A stretch of DNA of 64,000 bases from Acidaminococcaceae bacterium (GTDB taxonomy: Bacteria > Bacillota > Negativicutes > Acidaminococcales > Acidaminococcaceae), in assembly GCA_045598345.1 (NCBI GenBank), contig JAZLLX010000093.1, positions 54,166 to 118,165 on the forward strand. The letters run 5' to 3'. Made by a program: the position numbers and the translations under genes. The number at the start of each line of letters is the position of its first letter. The stretch's first letter is position 1. The notes below the pieces were generated by a model. That model ran no database searches. It was not told the origin of the DNA and worked only from the letters and a program-made list of their open reading frames with translations. Shown here piece after piece: positions 51,966-58,661 of the stretch.

Positions 51966-53572
51966 TTTTGTCCTCCCTTCGGATTAAAGCCATGGTCTTT
52001 CATACATCTGTCTATGACCCTGCACACCTTTTCCGGTGTGATATTCCTTGTACACTCAAACTGCCGTTCCGTGTTTTTATGCCTTGGGCACCATTCCCCG
52101 TCCGAGTGGTTGAATGTGACCCTTGTATCGTCCCAACATCCGTTGCATGTGTGGTAACATATTACCCTGTAGGGGTTTGTGAACTCATTTATGGGAAGGG
52201 TGAATCCGCTTATCAGGATTACCGGCTTTCCCACCCCCCAGGCCAGCCAGCTGAGCCCGCTGGACAGCCCGATGAAGAAATCCGCATGGTAGATTAGGTC
52301 TATCCTTTCCTGCAAAGGCCGGTCCCCCGTAAAGTCCTCACATCCGAAGGGTATGCTGTTCATGTATGACCCCACCTGGTGATTGTCTTCCTTGTCTATG
52401 CACAGCACCCTGTAACCTTTCAACTTAAGGTACTTGACCACATTGATCCAGCCCCTGGAATTGTTCCAATGCTTTGCCTGGCTGGAGCCGTTGGCGGCGA
52501 TGCAGACGTAGGGGTCTTTAATCGTCCGCTCCGCCAGTTCCTTGGCGCTGGGCAAAAGCCGTGGGGGATGTTCCTCCCATTCGTCAAGCCCCAGGATTAG
52601 CGCCGCATTCCTGTGCAGGCCCATCACCCGGAAATCCACCGGCTGGTGTTCCCTGTCATCGCAGGGGAAGAACACCCCCATGGTGTAAGTTGCGTATATG
52701 TCTTCCGGCAGGCCGGGCGGATATTCCCCTGCCTTTTCCTGATCTTCCGTCCGTGCAATAAAATGCAGTTTGGGATAGCCCGGTTCCAGAATTTCTTTCA
52801 TAGTTTGGCTGATGAGGATATAAACCTCGCACCCGTGTTTTTTCCTGAATTCCTCCGCATAGGGGAACCACGCCAGGGTATCCCCGACAACCACTCCCGC
52901 CGCATACTTGATAAGCACATTTCGTTTTTCGCAGTCATAGTCGTGGGAAAAAACTATTTTGCCGTCCTGGTACAGTTCAAAACGCAGACGCAGGTAGTAT
53001 TTTTTACTTGTGCAAAATACACCCTCTCCGACTTCCCCTGAAAAAATAGTGAGGCAGTCGTCCAGGTCCACCACGTTAAGCCAGTACTTCGCGCCTTTGG
53101 GAATCTGTACCCTGAGCCCGTCATTAAAATCAAATTTCACCCCCGGCAAGGGAGTGCTGTGAACAACTTTTTTGGCATCAATAACCACTTTGGAAGGTTC
53201 TTCACCGTGTTGTACGCCTTCCGTCCCCTGTACAACAACACTGGGGGTATATTCCGCCGCCACAGAACCTCCTGCAGGCATTTTATGCGGATCTGTAACT
53301 ACTGTGGTAACCATATTGTTGGCGCCGGTCACTGTGGTTGTGGTAATAGGTGCCAGCACCCCGGGGGATACGGTGTTGGAGTTCAGCGGCTGAATATTGG
53401 ATACCGCAAGAGGAAGATCCATATCTGTGGCCGGAATCCCCACAAAAACAGTTCCTGAAGGAACATCCGCAGGCGTCCCGTTATTTTGCGGGTTGGAAAC
53501 ATTCTGTTCCGGTGCGGAGCCGCTTGTCTTTTTTTCGTCTATATTCTTTTGCGAATTGTTTTTTGTTGTCAT
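51962..53572 (-). CDS. Autotransporter strand-loop-strand O-heptosyltransferase (BAHT family, TibC/Aah-like), with an extra ~110-130-aa N-terminal low-complexity extension
   Basis: The 536-aa ORF starts at ATG 53572 behind AAGGGGGAAGAG and 1 nt after the upstream stop. Its TGA overlaps the giant gene ATG. From about residue 135 it shows blocks I recognise from TibC/Aah: FDFNDGLRV, SKKYYLRLRF, GDTLAWFPYAEEF, QPVDFRVMGLHRNAALILG, PYVCIAANGSSQAKHWNN, GYRVLCIDKE, EDFTGDRPLQERIDLIYHADFFIGLSSGLSWLAW, PVILISGF and CNGCWDD...WCPRHKNTERQFECTR (the Cys cluster of the iron-binding finger). Confidence 0.85.
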   Translation of the reverse strand: MTTKNNSQKNIDEKKTSGSAPEQNVSNPQNNGTPADVPSGTVFVGIPATDMDLPLAVSNIQPLNSNTVSPGVLAPITTTTVTGANNMVTTVVTDPHKMPAGGSVAAEYTPSVVVQGTEGVQHGEEPSKVVIDAKKVVHSTPLPGVKFDFNDGLRVQIPKGAKYWLNVVDLDDCLTIFSGEVGEGVFCTSKKYYLRLRFELYQDGKIVFSHDYDCEKRNVLIKYAAGVVVGDTLAWFPYAEEFRKKHGCEVYILISQTMKEILEPGYPKLHFIARTEDQEKAGEYPPGLPEDIYATYTMGVFFPCDDREHQPVDFRVMGLHRNAALILGLDEWEEHPPRLLPSAKELAERTIKDPYVCIAANGSSQAKHWNNSRGWINVVKYLKLKGYRVLCIDKEDNHQVGSYMNSIPFGCEDFTGDRPLQERIDLIYHADFFIGLSSGLSWLAWGVGKPVILISGFTLPINEFTNPYRVICYHTCNGCWDDTRVTFNHSDGEWCPRHKNTERQFECTRNITPEKVCRVIDRCMKDHGFNPKGGQK

Positions 53573-53573
53573 T

Positions 53574-54158
53574 TCACTCTTCCCCCTTTCCGAATCTTTC
53601 CAGCAGAATCTCTTTGAACCTGTCTGCAGGAACTATGAATTCCGTCCTGCCCCTGACCACCCTGGCAATCAGGTAACCCTTGTTGTATTCCCAGTTTAGT
53701 TTGCTGGTCTGGAGCACACCGTTCTGTATATATTTTTTTATCCGTTCCTGATTTGTAAAAATCCTTTCGTTGCTCACCAGGGAGGCCAGCGCCGGCTTGT
53801 CAACCAGCGGTGTATAAACGCTGTAGCGGTTCTGGCTGAAGTATTCCTCCAGGGCCTCCATCATCCGCTTGTCCTCACCGTAAAGCACCTTGAGGTACTC
53901 CCACATAATCATGCCGAACTGTTCCTCATTCCCCCGGTCAACATTGAACACGAAGAAAGCCAGTTTGGTGGCAAAATTCATAATCTGGAACGACCTCACC
54001 CCACGGAAGTCAAAGCCCTTGATGCCCCACGCCGTGAGAGGGTCCCATTTTTTTATTTTGAGCAACTGCATGGCAGGCACCCTGTCGCCCTCCGGCAGTT
54101 TGTCCGCCATGGTAATTGCAAATTTGTCCGCTAACCCTTGTGTAATGTGAAAAATCAT
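53574..54158 (-). CDS. Hypothetical protein (194 aa from ATG 54158; the track's 203-aa version starts at GTG 54185), first gene of the giant-protein operon
   Basis: The ORF is open with non-repetitive, normal composition (MIFHITQGLADKFAITMADKLPEGDRV...). Its stop is 1 nt before the BAHT ATG. GTG 54185 would lie ~12 nt from the predicted transcription start with no SD, so ATG 54158 is preferred (weak AAAGAG upstream). I cannot place the family with confidence. Confidence 0.6.
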   Translation of the reverse strand: MIFHITQGLADKFAITMADKLPEGDRVPAMQLLKIKKWDPLTAWGIKGFDFRGVRSFQIMNFATKLAFFVFNVDRGNEEQFGMIMWEYLKVLYGEDKRMMEALEEYFSQNRYSVYTPLVDKPALASLVSNERIFTNQERIKKYIQNGVLQTSKLNWEYNKGYLIARVVRGRTEFIVPADRFKEILLERFGKGEE

Positions 54159-54204
54159 TTGTCCGACTCTTTTCTGGGCACGCACGCCCGCAAAATATAT
54201 TTAT

Positions 54205-54232
54205 ATTATAAGAGGAAATGCAAATTTTGCAA
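54205..54232 (-). promoter_or_regulatory. Sigma-70/SigA-type promoter for the small ORF-BAHT-giant gene operon
   Basis: On the minus strand: TTGCAA (54232-54227), 16 nt, TATAAT (54210-54205). An A11 tract (54250-54240) just upstream of -35 resembles an UP element. The -10 sits ~45 nt upstream of ATG 54158. Confidence 0.6.
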
Positions 54233-54466
54233 GCACTAATTTTTTTTTTTGCTTTTTATGAAATTTCGTTCATAAAATGTTTTGCCACCGATTTTTTTTA
54301 TTACACTTTCACATTTTTCCAGATTTTTGCGGATGTTTTTGTAAAATTTATGTTTTTTGCAGAAAAAACTTTTTTTTCGCAAAAAACTTGTAATTTTTGT
54401 TCCAAAATTTTCGTTCAAAAGCCCATGTATACATTGCTGACGGGTTAATTTTGCACTTAATTTTTC

Positions 54467-54495
54467 TTGAAAAATCTTCCCCGCCGTGCTATAAT
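54467..54495 (+). promoter_or_regulatory. Sigma-70/SigA-type promoter (extended -10) for the GT8 gene pair
   Basis: TTGAAA (54467-54472), 17 nt, TGcTATAAT (54487-54495). GGAGGA lies at 54509-54514 and the ATG at 54520. Confidence 0.65.
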
Positions 54496-54519
54496 TTTTT
54501 TGCAACCGGAGGATGAACA

Positions 54520-55374
54520 ATGAAAAAAATTCCTATTGTTTTCACTTTCAACGAGATGTATGCTTTGGGCGGAAGTGTTGCCATTATGTCCCTTCTGGAC
54601 AACAGGAATGTTGGCACGGAATATGAGATTTTCATCTTTTATGATTATTTTGAGGATGAAACTGTGGCAAAACTCAAATCCCTGTCCCCCATTCATTTTG
54701 TCAAGGTGCCAAACGATTTGTTTGAGGGCTTTACGCATACACCCCGTTTCCCGCTCATCGGTGGGTACAATATGCTTATCCCGGACCTTCTCAAGGATTA
54801 TGAACGGGTTATCTTTTCCGATGCGGATGTGCTGATACTCAAGGATCTCAGCCACCTTATGGATTTGGATTTGGATGATTATTATTGGGCAGGGGTATCC
54901 ATCAGCAAAAAAGACAATTTTTTCTGTCAAAAATATCCGGTTTTGGCTCAATATTGTCAGGACAATTATTATTCCAACGGGTTTATGGTTGTCAACGAAA
55001 AGAAGATACGGGAAAACAATATCGGGCTGGAACAGTTCAGGGCGGTTGCAAAAAAATACGGCAAATTGCTGTATTTTGTTGACCAGGATATTTGGAACAT
55101 TGTCTGCAACAAGGTCTATCGTCTTCCCCCCGGATATTTGTTCCCCGACTTTATTTACCGGGGAAGAAAATCCGATGTGGTTTGGCATTGTGATGCCTAT
55201 GATATGAATATTGACAAACATTTTGAGGATATTTTCGTGGTTCATTGCTGTACGGAAAATTTGGACAAAATATGGACATTGCCCGAAGACGAAATCTATC
55301 CTGAATATCTGCATTACATGATAAAATCACCCCTTTACCAACCTTACGAAAACAGAAAGGAGGTATTGCAATGA
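54520..55374 (+). CDS. Glycosyltransferase family 8 (retaining; LPS-core glucosyl/galactosyltransferase-like)
   Basis: 284 aa with a strong RBS. The N-terminus IPIVFTFNEMYALGGSVAIMSLLDN is typical of GT8. DxD motif FSDADVL. The distal HxxxxxxK-W-like block FVVHCCTENLDKIW is present. Confidence 0.75.
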   Translation: MKKIPIVFTFNEMYALGGSVAIMSLLDNRNVGTEYEIFIFYDYFEDETVAKLKSLSPIHFVKVPNDLFEGFTHTPRFPLIGGYNMLIPDLLKDYERVIFSDADVLILKDLSHLMDLDLDDYYWAGVSISKKDNFFCQKYPVLAQYCQDNYYSNGFMVVNEKKIRENNIGLEQFRAVAKKYGKLLYFVDQDIWNIVCNKVYRLPPGYLFPDFIYRGRKSDVVWHCDAYDMNIDKHFEDIFVVHCCTENLDKIWTLPEDEIYPEYLHYMIKSPLYQPYENRKEVLQ

Positions 55375-56207
55375 ACAAGATTCCCCTTGTGCTTCTGTTC
55401 AATGAAAATTACGCCCTTGCGGCCAGTGTGGCCCTCATGTCCCTTTTGGATACTAAGGCGCCGGACACAGAGTACGAGATTTTTGTACTTTATGAGAATA
55501 TGTCGGACGATGCCATGCAGAAACTGAACGCCATTTTCCCCGTCAACTGGATCAAAATTGATTACAACCCTTTCAGCGGCATGCTGACCACCGACCGTTT
55601 CCCCTCAATCTGCTGTTCCCGCCTGCTGTTCCCTATGCTTTTTCCTGACTACGACAAAATACTTTACAGTGATGTTGATGTGCTGTTCAAAAAGGATTTG
55701 TGGAAGGTTTTTAATACGGATATCAGCGATTATTATTGGGGCGGTGTTGCCCAAGGGGCCAATACCCCGAAAACCAAACATGACCATCCTCCGTGCTATG
55801 AGATGGGGGACACAATATTCATAGACGGTTTTATGGTCGTTAATCTCAAAAAAATGCGGGAAGAGGATTTTTTCAGCAAATGTATGGACATTGCTTCCCG
55901 TTGGAGCGCTTTGCTGACATCCGTGGAAATGGATGTGCTGAACATGGCCTGCAAAAATCAGATTTGCAAATTGGACTACATTTATCAGGTCCCCGGTATG
56001 GTTTATCACACAGATACTGCCGGCCCTATGTACTGGCAAAACGACTGCTACGAAATTCCTTCTTCAAAACCGCAACTGCAGCAAAATACTGCAGTCATTC
56101 ATTATGCCGACAATTCAGACCCTGTGAAGGTCTGGCTGTTGCCGGAAAATGAGATTCCGGAGGAATATATGAGGTATATGCGCCAATCCCCTTTTTACCG
56201 GAAATAA
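55371..56207 (+). CDS. Glycosyltransferase family 8, tandem paralogue
   Basis: 278 aa. AGGAGG lies 7 nt upstream, and there is an ATGA overlap with the preceding gene. IPLVLLFNENYALAASVALMSLLDT; DxD motif YSDVDVLF; AVIHYADNSDPVKVW. Collinear with 54520..55374 throughout. Confidence 0.75.
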   Translation: MNKIPLVLLFNENYALAASVALMSLLDTKAPDTEYEIFVLYENMSDDAMQKLNAIFPVNWIKIDYNPFSGMLTTDRFPSICCSRLLFPMLFPDYDKILYSDVDVLFKKDLWKVFNTDISDYYWGGVAQGANTPKTKHDHPPCYEMGDTIFIDGFMVVNLKKMREEDFFSKCMDIASRWSALLTSVEMDVLNMACKNQICKLDYIYQVPGMVYHTDTAGPMYWQNDCYEIPSSKPQLQQNTAVIHYADNSDPVKVWLLPENEIPEEYMRYMRQSPFYRK

Positions 56208-56246
56208 AAAAACCGGCTTCGGGCAAACCCGAAGCCGTTTTTTTTA
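56205..56246. terminator. Bidirectional Rho-independent terminator between the convergent GT8 pair and the minus-strand tailoring operon
   Basis: A8 (56205-56212), stem CGGCTTCGGG (56214-56223), loop CAAA, stem CCCGAAGCCG (56228-56237), T8 (56238-56245). The 10-bp stem is perfect and GC-rich, with a U-run on both strands. Confidence 0.85.
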
Positions 56247-56250
56247 TTGT

Positions 56251-57492
56251 TCAGTCAAAACATTTCCAAATTGTTTCAATAATTTTCTGCTGTTCGTCTT
56301 CCGTCATTTTGTTGTCGCTCGGCAAGCACAAACCTCTTGCAAATATACCTGAATCTGTACTGTTATTATTGCCGTTGTCCACCCCTGTCCCAAGGGTCAC
56401 GAAAGGATTGCCGGAATATACGGGCTGCAAATGCATGGGTTTCCAAATCGGCCTTCCTTCTGCCCTGATTTTTGCCAGGACTTCCAAGATTTCTGTGGGG
56501 CAGGATTTTCCGTGTTCGGGAATGTAACCTGCTTTGTCCGCACTGCGTTCCTGCCGGCACATGGCAGTTTCGTCTATCAACAGGCCGCTGAGCCAGAAAT
56601 TTGGGCTGCTGTTTTTTTCATCATAGGGGTTCATGCTGACGGGCAGCCCTTTGAACCCTGCTTTATATCTTTCGTAGATTGCCCGCTTTTGTGCAATGTG
56701 TTCCTGCAAATGCGGCAACTGGCCACGCACTATTCCTGCATCAATATTGGAAATGCGGTAATTATATCCTAATTCCTTGTGCTGGTACCAGTGGGCCGCT
56801 TCCCGTGACTGGGTTGACCATTTGCGGGCAAGCCGCACCGCTTCCGCATCCGCCGACACCAACATTCCGCCGGTTGATCCTGTGATAATTTTATTGCCGT
56901 TGAAACTGAAAGCATTGTACCGTCCGAATGTTCCTGTTTGCCTGCCTTTATATGTTGCGCCCAGGGATTCTGCCGCATCCTCAATGAGGACGGCGTTATG
57001 CTTTTCACATACCGCCAATATTTCATCCATTTTGGCAGGTGTGCCGTAAAGATGTACCAATACCACCACCTTGATATCCGGGTAAAGCGTAAAGGCCTTT
57101 TCCAATGCCGCAGGGTCCATATTCCAAGTGTCCCGTTCCGCATCAACGAAAACTTGTGTCCCGCCTTCGTAACTTACGGGATTAACTGTGGCCGCAAAAG
57201 TGAAATCGCTGCACGCCACCTTTGTTCCCGGTTTCACGCCCGCCAGTTTCATGCAAAAATGCAGGGATGCCGTACAGCAGGACAGGGCGGTGGCGCAAAC
57301 CGGTTCGGAAAGGGAATTTTTGGGGGCAAGAAATTCTGCCATCTCTTTTTCAATGACGCTTATGTTCTCGCCCACAATTGATACCCAGTTTGTGTTATAG
57401 GCATCCATCATATATGTGATTTCCTCCCCGTGCATGGTCGGGGTCGCCAGCCATACCGGTTTTGCCAAAGGCACTGTTTTCCCTGTGAACAT
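56251..57492 (-). CDS. DegT/DnrJ/EryC1/StrS-family PLP-dependent sugar aminotransferase
   Basis: 413 aa. ATG follows GAGGAGG by 6 nt. Family-typical blocks: ...ATPTMHGEEITYMMDAYNTNWVS..., VLIEDAAESLGATYKGRQTG, and the Schiff-base lysine context FSFNGNKIITGSTGGMLV. Confidence 0.8.
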   Translation of the reverse strand: MFTGKTVPLAKPVWLATPTMHGEEITYMMDAYNTNWVSIVGENISVIEKEMAEFLAPKNSLSEPVCATALSCCTASLHFCMKLAGVKPGTKVACSDFTFAATVNPVSYEGGTQVFVDAERDTWNMDPAALEKAFTLYPDIKVVVLVHLYGTPAKMDEILAVCEKHNAVLIEDAAESLGATYKGRQTGTFGRYNAFSFNGNKIITGSTGGMLVSADAEAVRLARKWSTQSREAAHWYQHKELGYNYRISNIDAGIVRGQLPHLQEHIAQKRAIYERYKAGFKGLPVSMNPYDEKNSSPNFWLSGLLIDETAMCRQERSADKAGYIPEHGKSCPTEILEVLAKIRAEGRPIWKPMHLQPVYSGNPFVTLGTGVDNGNNNSTDSGIFARGLCLPSDNKMTEDEQQKIIETIWKCFD

Positions 57493-57523
57493 TGACTGCC
57501 TCCTCAGTTATGCCGCAATATTT

Positions 57524-58651
57524 TCAGCTGCAACGCTGTACTATTTCAATTACTTTTGCCACATCAGCATCCGTCAGCCACAAATGTGTTGGCAAGGTTA
57601 TCAGACGGGTGCTGATATTGTGGGCGTTGGGACATGTTCCGTGGGCATAGGCGTATATGCCGTATTCTGTGTTGTCACGGTAATGCACGCTTGCAAAGAT
57701 TCCGTTTTTCCCCAATTCGTCCATTATTTTATTTCTGTCCGCAACTGCCAAAGCATAAATGTGACAGGAACATTCTTCAAAATTGTTGACGGGTATAATC
57801 TTAAGTTTCGGATTGTTTTGAAATGCCGCATTATACATGGCAAATATCTCCCGCCGGCGGGCATTGTCCCCGTCCAGATATTTTAACTGCACAAGGGCAA
57901 TGGCCGCCATTACGGAATTGCCGTTGTATTTGTAACCGAGGTAATTTACGTCATACTGCCAGGAATATGTCCCCAGATTACGGCGGGCATAAGTGTCCTT
58001 ATCCAATCCGAACCACGCCATCTGCCTTGTGAGTTCATCGCCTTCTGCATCCGCCCAGCAAATCATGCCGCTGTCGCCGGTGGGCAGGTTTTTTGCCGGG
58101 TGAAAGGAATACACTGCCACATCAATCCCTTCCCAGGTGCCGGGGGACACCCCCTCCACCCTTGTGCCAGCCATGTGGGCGGCATCCAAAATAAGTTTGA
58201 GTTTATATTTTTTGCAGAGGGCAATAATCTCTTTGAGCCGCCCCGTCCTGCCCCCGTATCCAACAAAAATCACTGCCCTGGTTTTGGCAGTGATTTTTTT
58301 TTCCACATCCTCCGGGTCAAGGCAAAGGTACTCGTCCACATCCGCAAATACGGGATGCAGGTTTTCATACATAATGGCGTGGTTGGTCACTACAAAGGTG
58401 ATGGGGGTGGAAATGATTTCGTCCCCCTCCTGCCAGCCGTTCTGCATTTTCAAAATTTTCACCGCCAGATGCAGTCCTGCGGAATTGGAACAGAGATAAT
58501 AGGCATGGGTATGGCCTGTGTATTTTTTCCACGCTTCTTCAAACTGAATTGTTTTATAACCAACGCCGGGCCAGCCGCAGTCCAGACATTCCCTTATTTC
58601 TTCCAAACATTCTTCTGTATGAAATTTTGGTTTCAGAACTTGTATGGCCAT
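57524..58651 (-). CDS. DegT/DnrJ/EryC1/StrS-family PLP-dependent sugar aminotransferase, second and divergent copy
   Basis: Preferred start is ATG 58651 (MAIQVLKPKF...) behind AGGGGGA. The track's start at 58693 would overlap the upstream gene. Blocks: LCSNSAGLHLAV, GDEIISTPITFVVTNHAI, ILDAAHMAGT, and the lysine context YSFHPAKNLPTGDSGMI. Confidence 0.75.
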   Translation of the reverse strand: MAIQVLKPKFHTEECLEEIRECLDCGWPGVGYKTIQFEEAWKKYTGHTHAYYLCSNSAGLHLAVKILKMQNGWQEGDEIISTPITFVVTNHAIMYENLHPVFADVDEYLCLDPEDVEKKITAKTRAVIFVGYGGRTGRLKEIIALCKKYKLKLILDAAHMAGTRVEGVSPGTWEGIDVAVYSFHPAKNLPTGDSGMICWADAEGDELTRQMAWFGLDKDTYARRNLGTYSWQYDVNYLGYKYNGNSVMAAIALVQLKYLDGDNARRREIFAMYNAAFQNNPKLKIIPVNNFEECSCHIYALAVADRNKIMDELGKNGIFASVHYRDNTEYGIYAYAHGTCPNAHNISTRLITLPTHLWLTDADVAKVIEIVQRCS

Positions 58652-58661
58652 TTGTTTCCCC

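Noticed and set aside
50079-51368. 429-aa '+' ORF rich in Cys/Arg/His over the 5' end of the giant gene, plus smaller '+' and '-' ORFs at 50248-51181
   Set aside because: The composition is nonsensical (MRCPCKHGPHRTRLAG...). It lies antisense or off-frame to the hand-verified 19-aa-repeat coding frame. High local GC simply lowers stop-codon frequency.
51810-51821. IAAG at residues 49-52 of the giant protein as a possible LapG-type di-alanine cleavage site of a T1SS adhesin retention module
   Set aside because: AAG tripeptides are expected by chance in this Ala/Gly-rich sequence. No LapG/LapD or T1SS genes are in the window, and the position differs from known LapA-type sites.
1-51965. Stop-codon reassignment or programmed frameshifting as an explanation for the missing ORF in the track
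   Set aside because: This is unnecessary. The standard code gives a single open frame in every segment I translated, and the flanking genes terminate normally with TGA/TAA.
1-51965. Very high density of N-x-S/T sequons as evidence for HMW1C- or PglB-type N-glycosylation
   Set aside because: It is expected from the Asn/Thr/Ser-rich composition alone. No GT41 (HMW1C-like) or oligosaccharyltransferase gene is in the window.
54353-54389. Two A/T-only hairpins (T6-GC(A)G-A6, T6-CGC-A6) as terminators or an operator
   Set aside because: The stems are pure A/T with negligible stability and sit in a generally homopolymeric region. They are mentioned under the promoter finding, but on their own they are not supportable as a feature.
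54218-54520. Small Lys/Phe-rich ORFs (54218..54448 +, 54236..54520 -) in the divergent intergenic region
   Set aside because: They are products of A/T homopolymer runs, overlap both predicted promoters, and have no SD.
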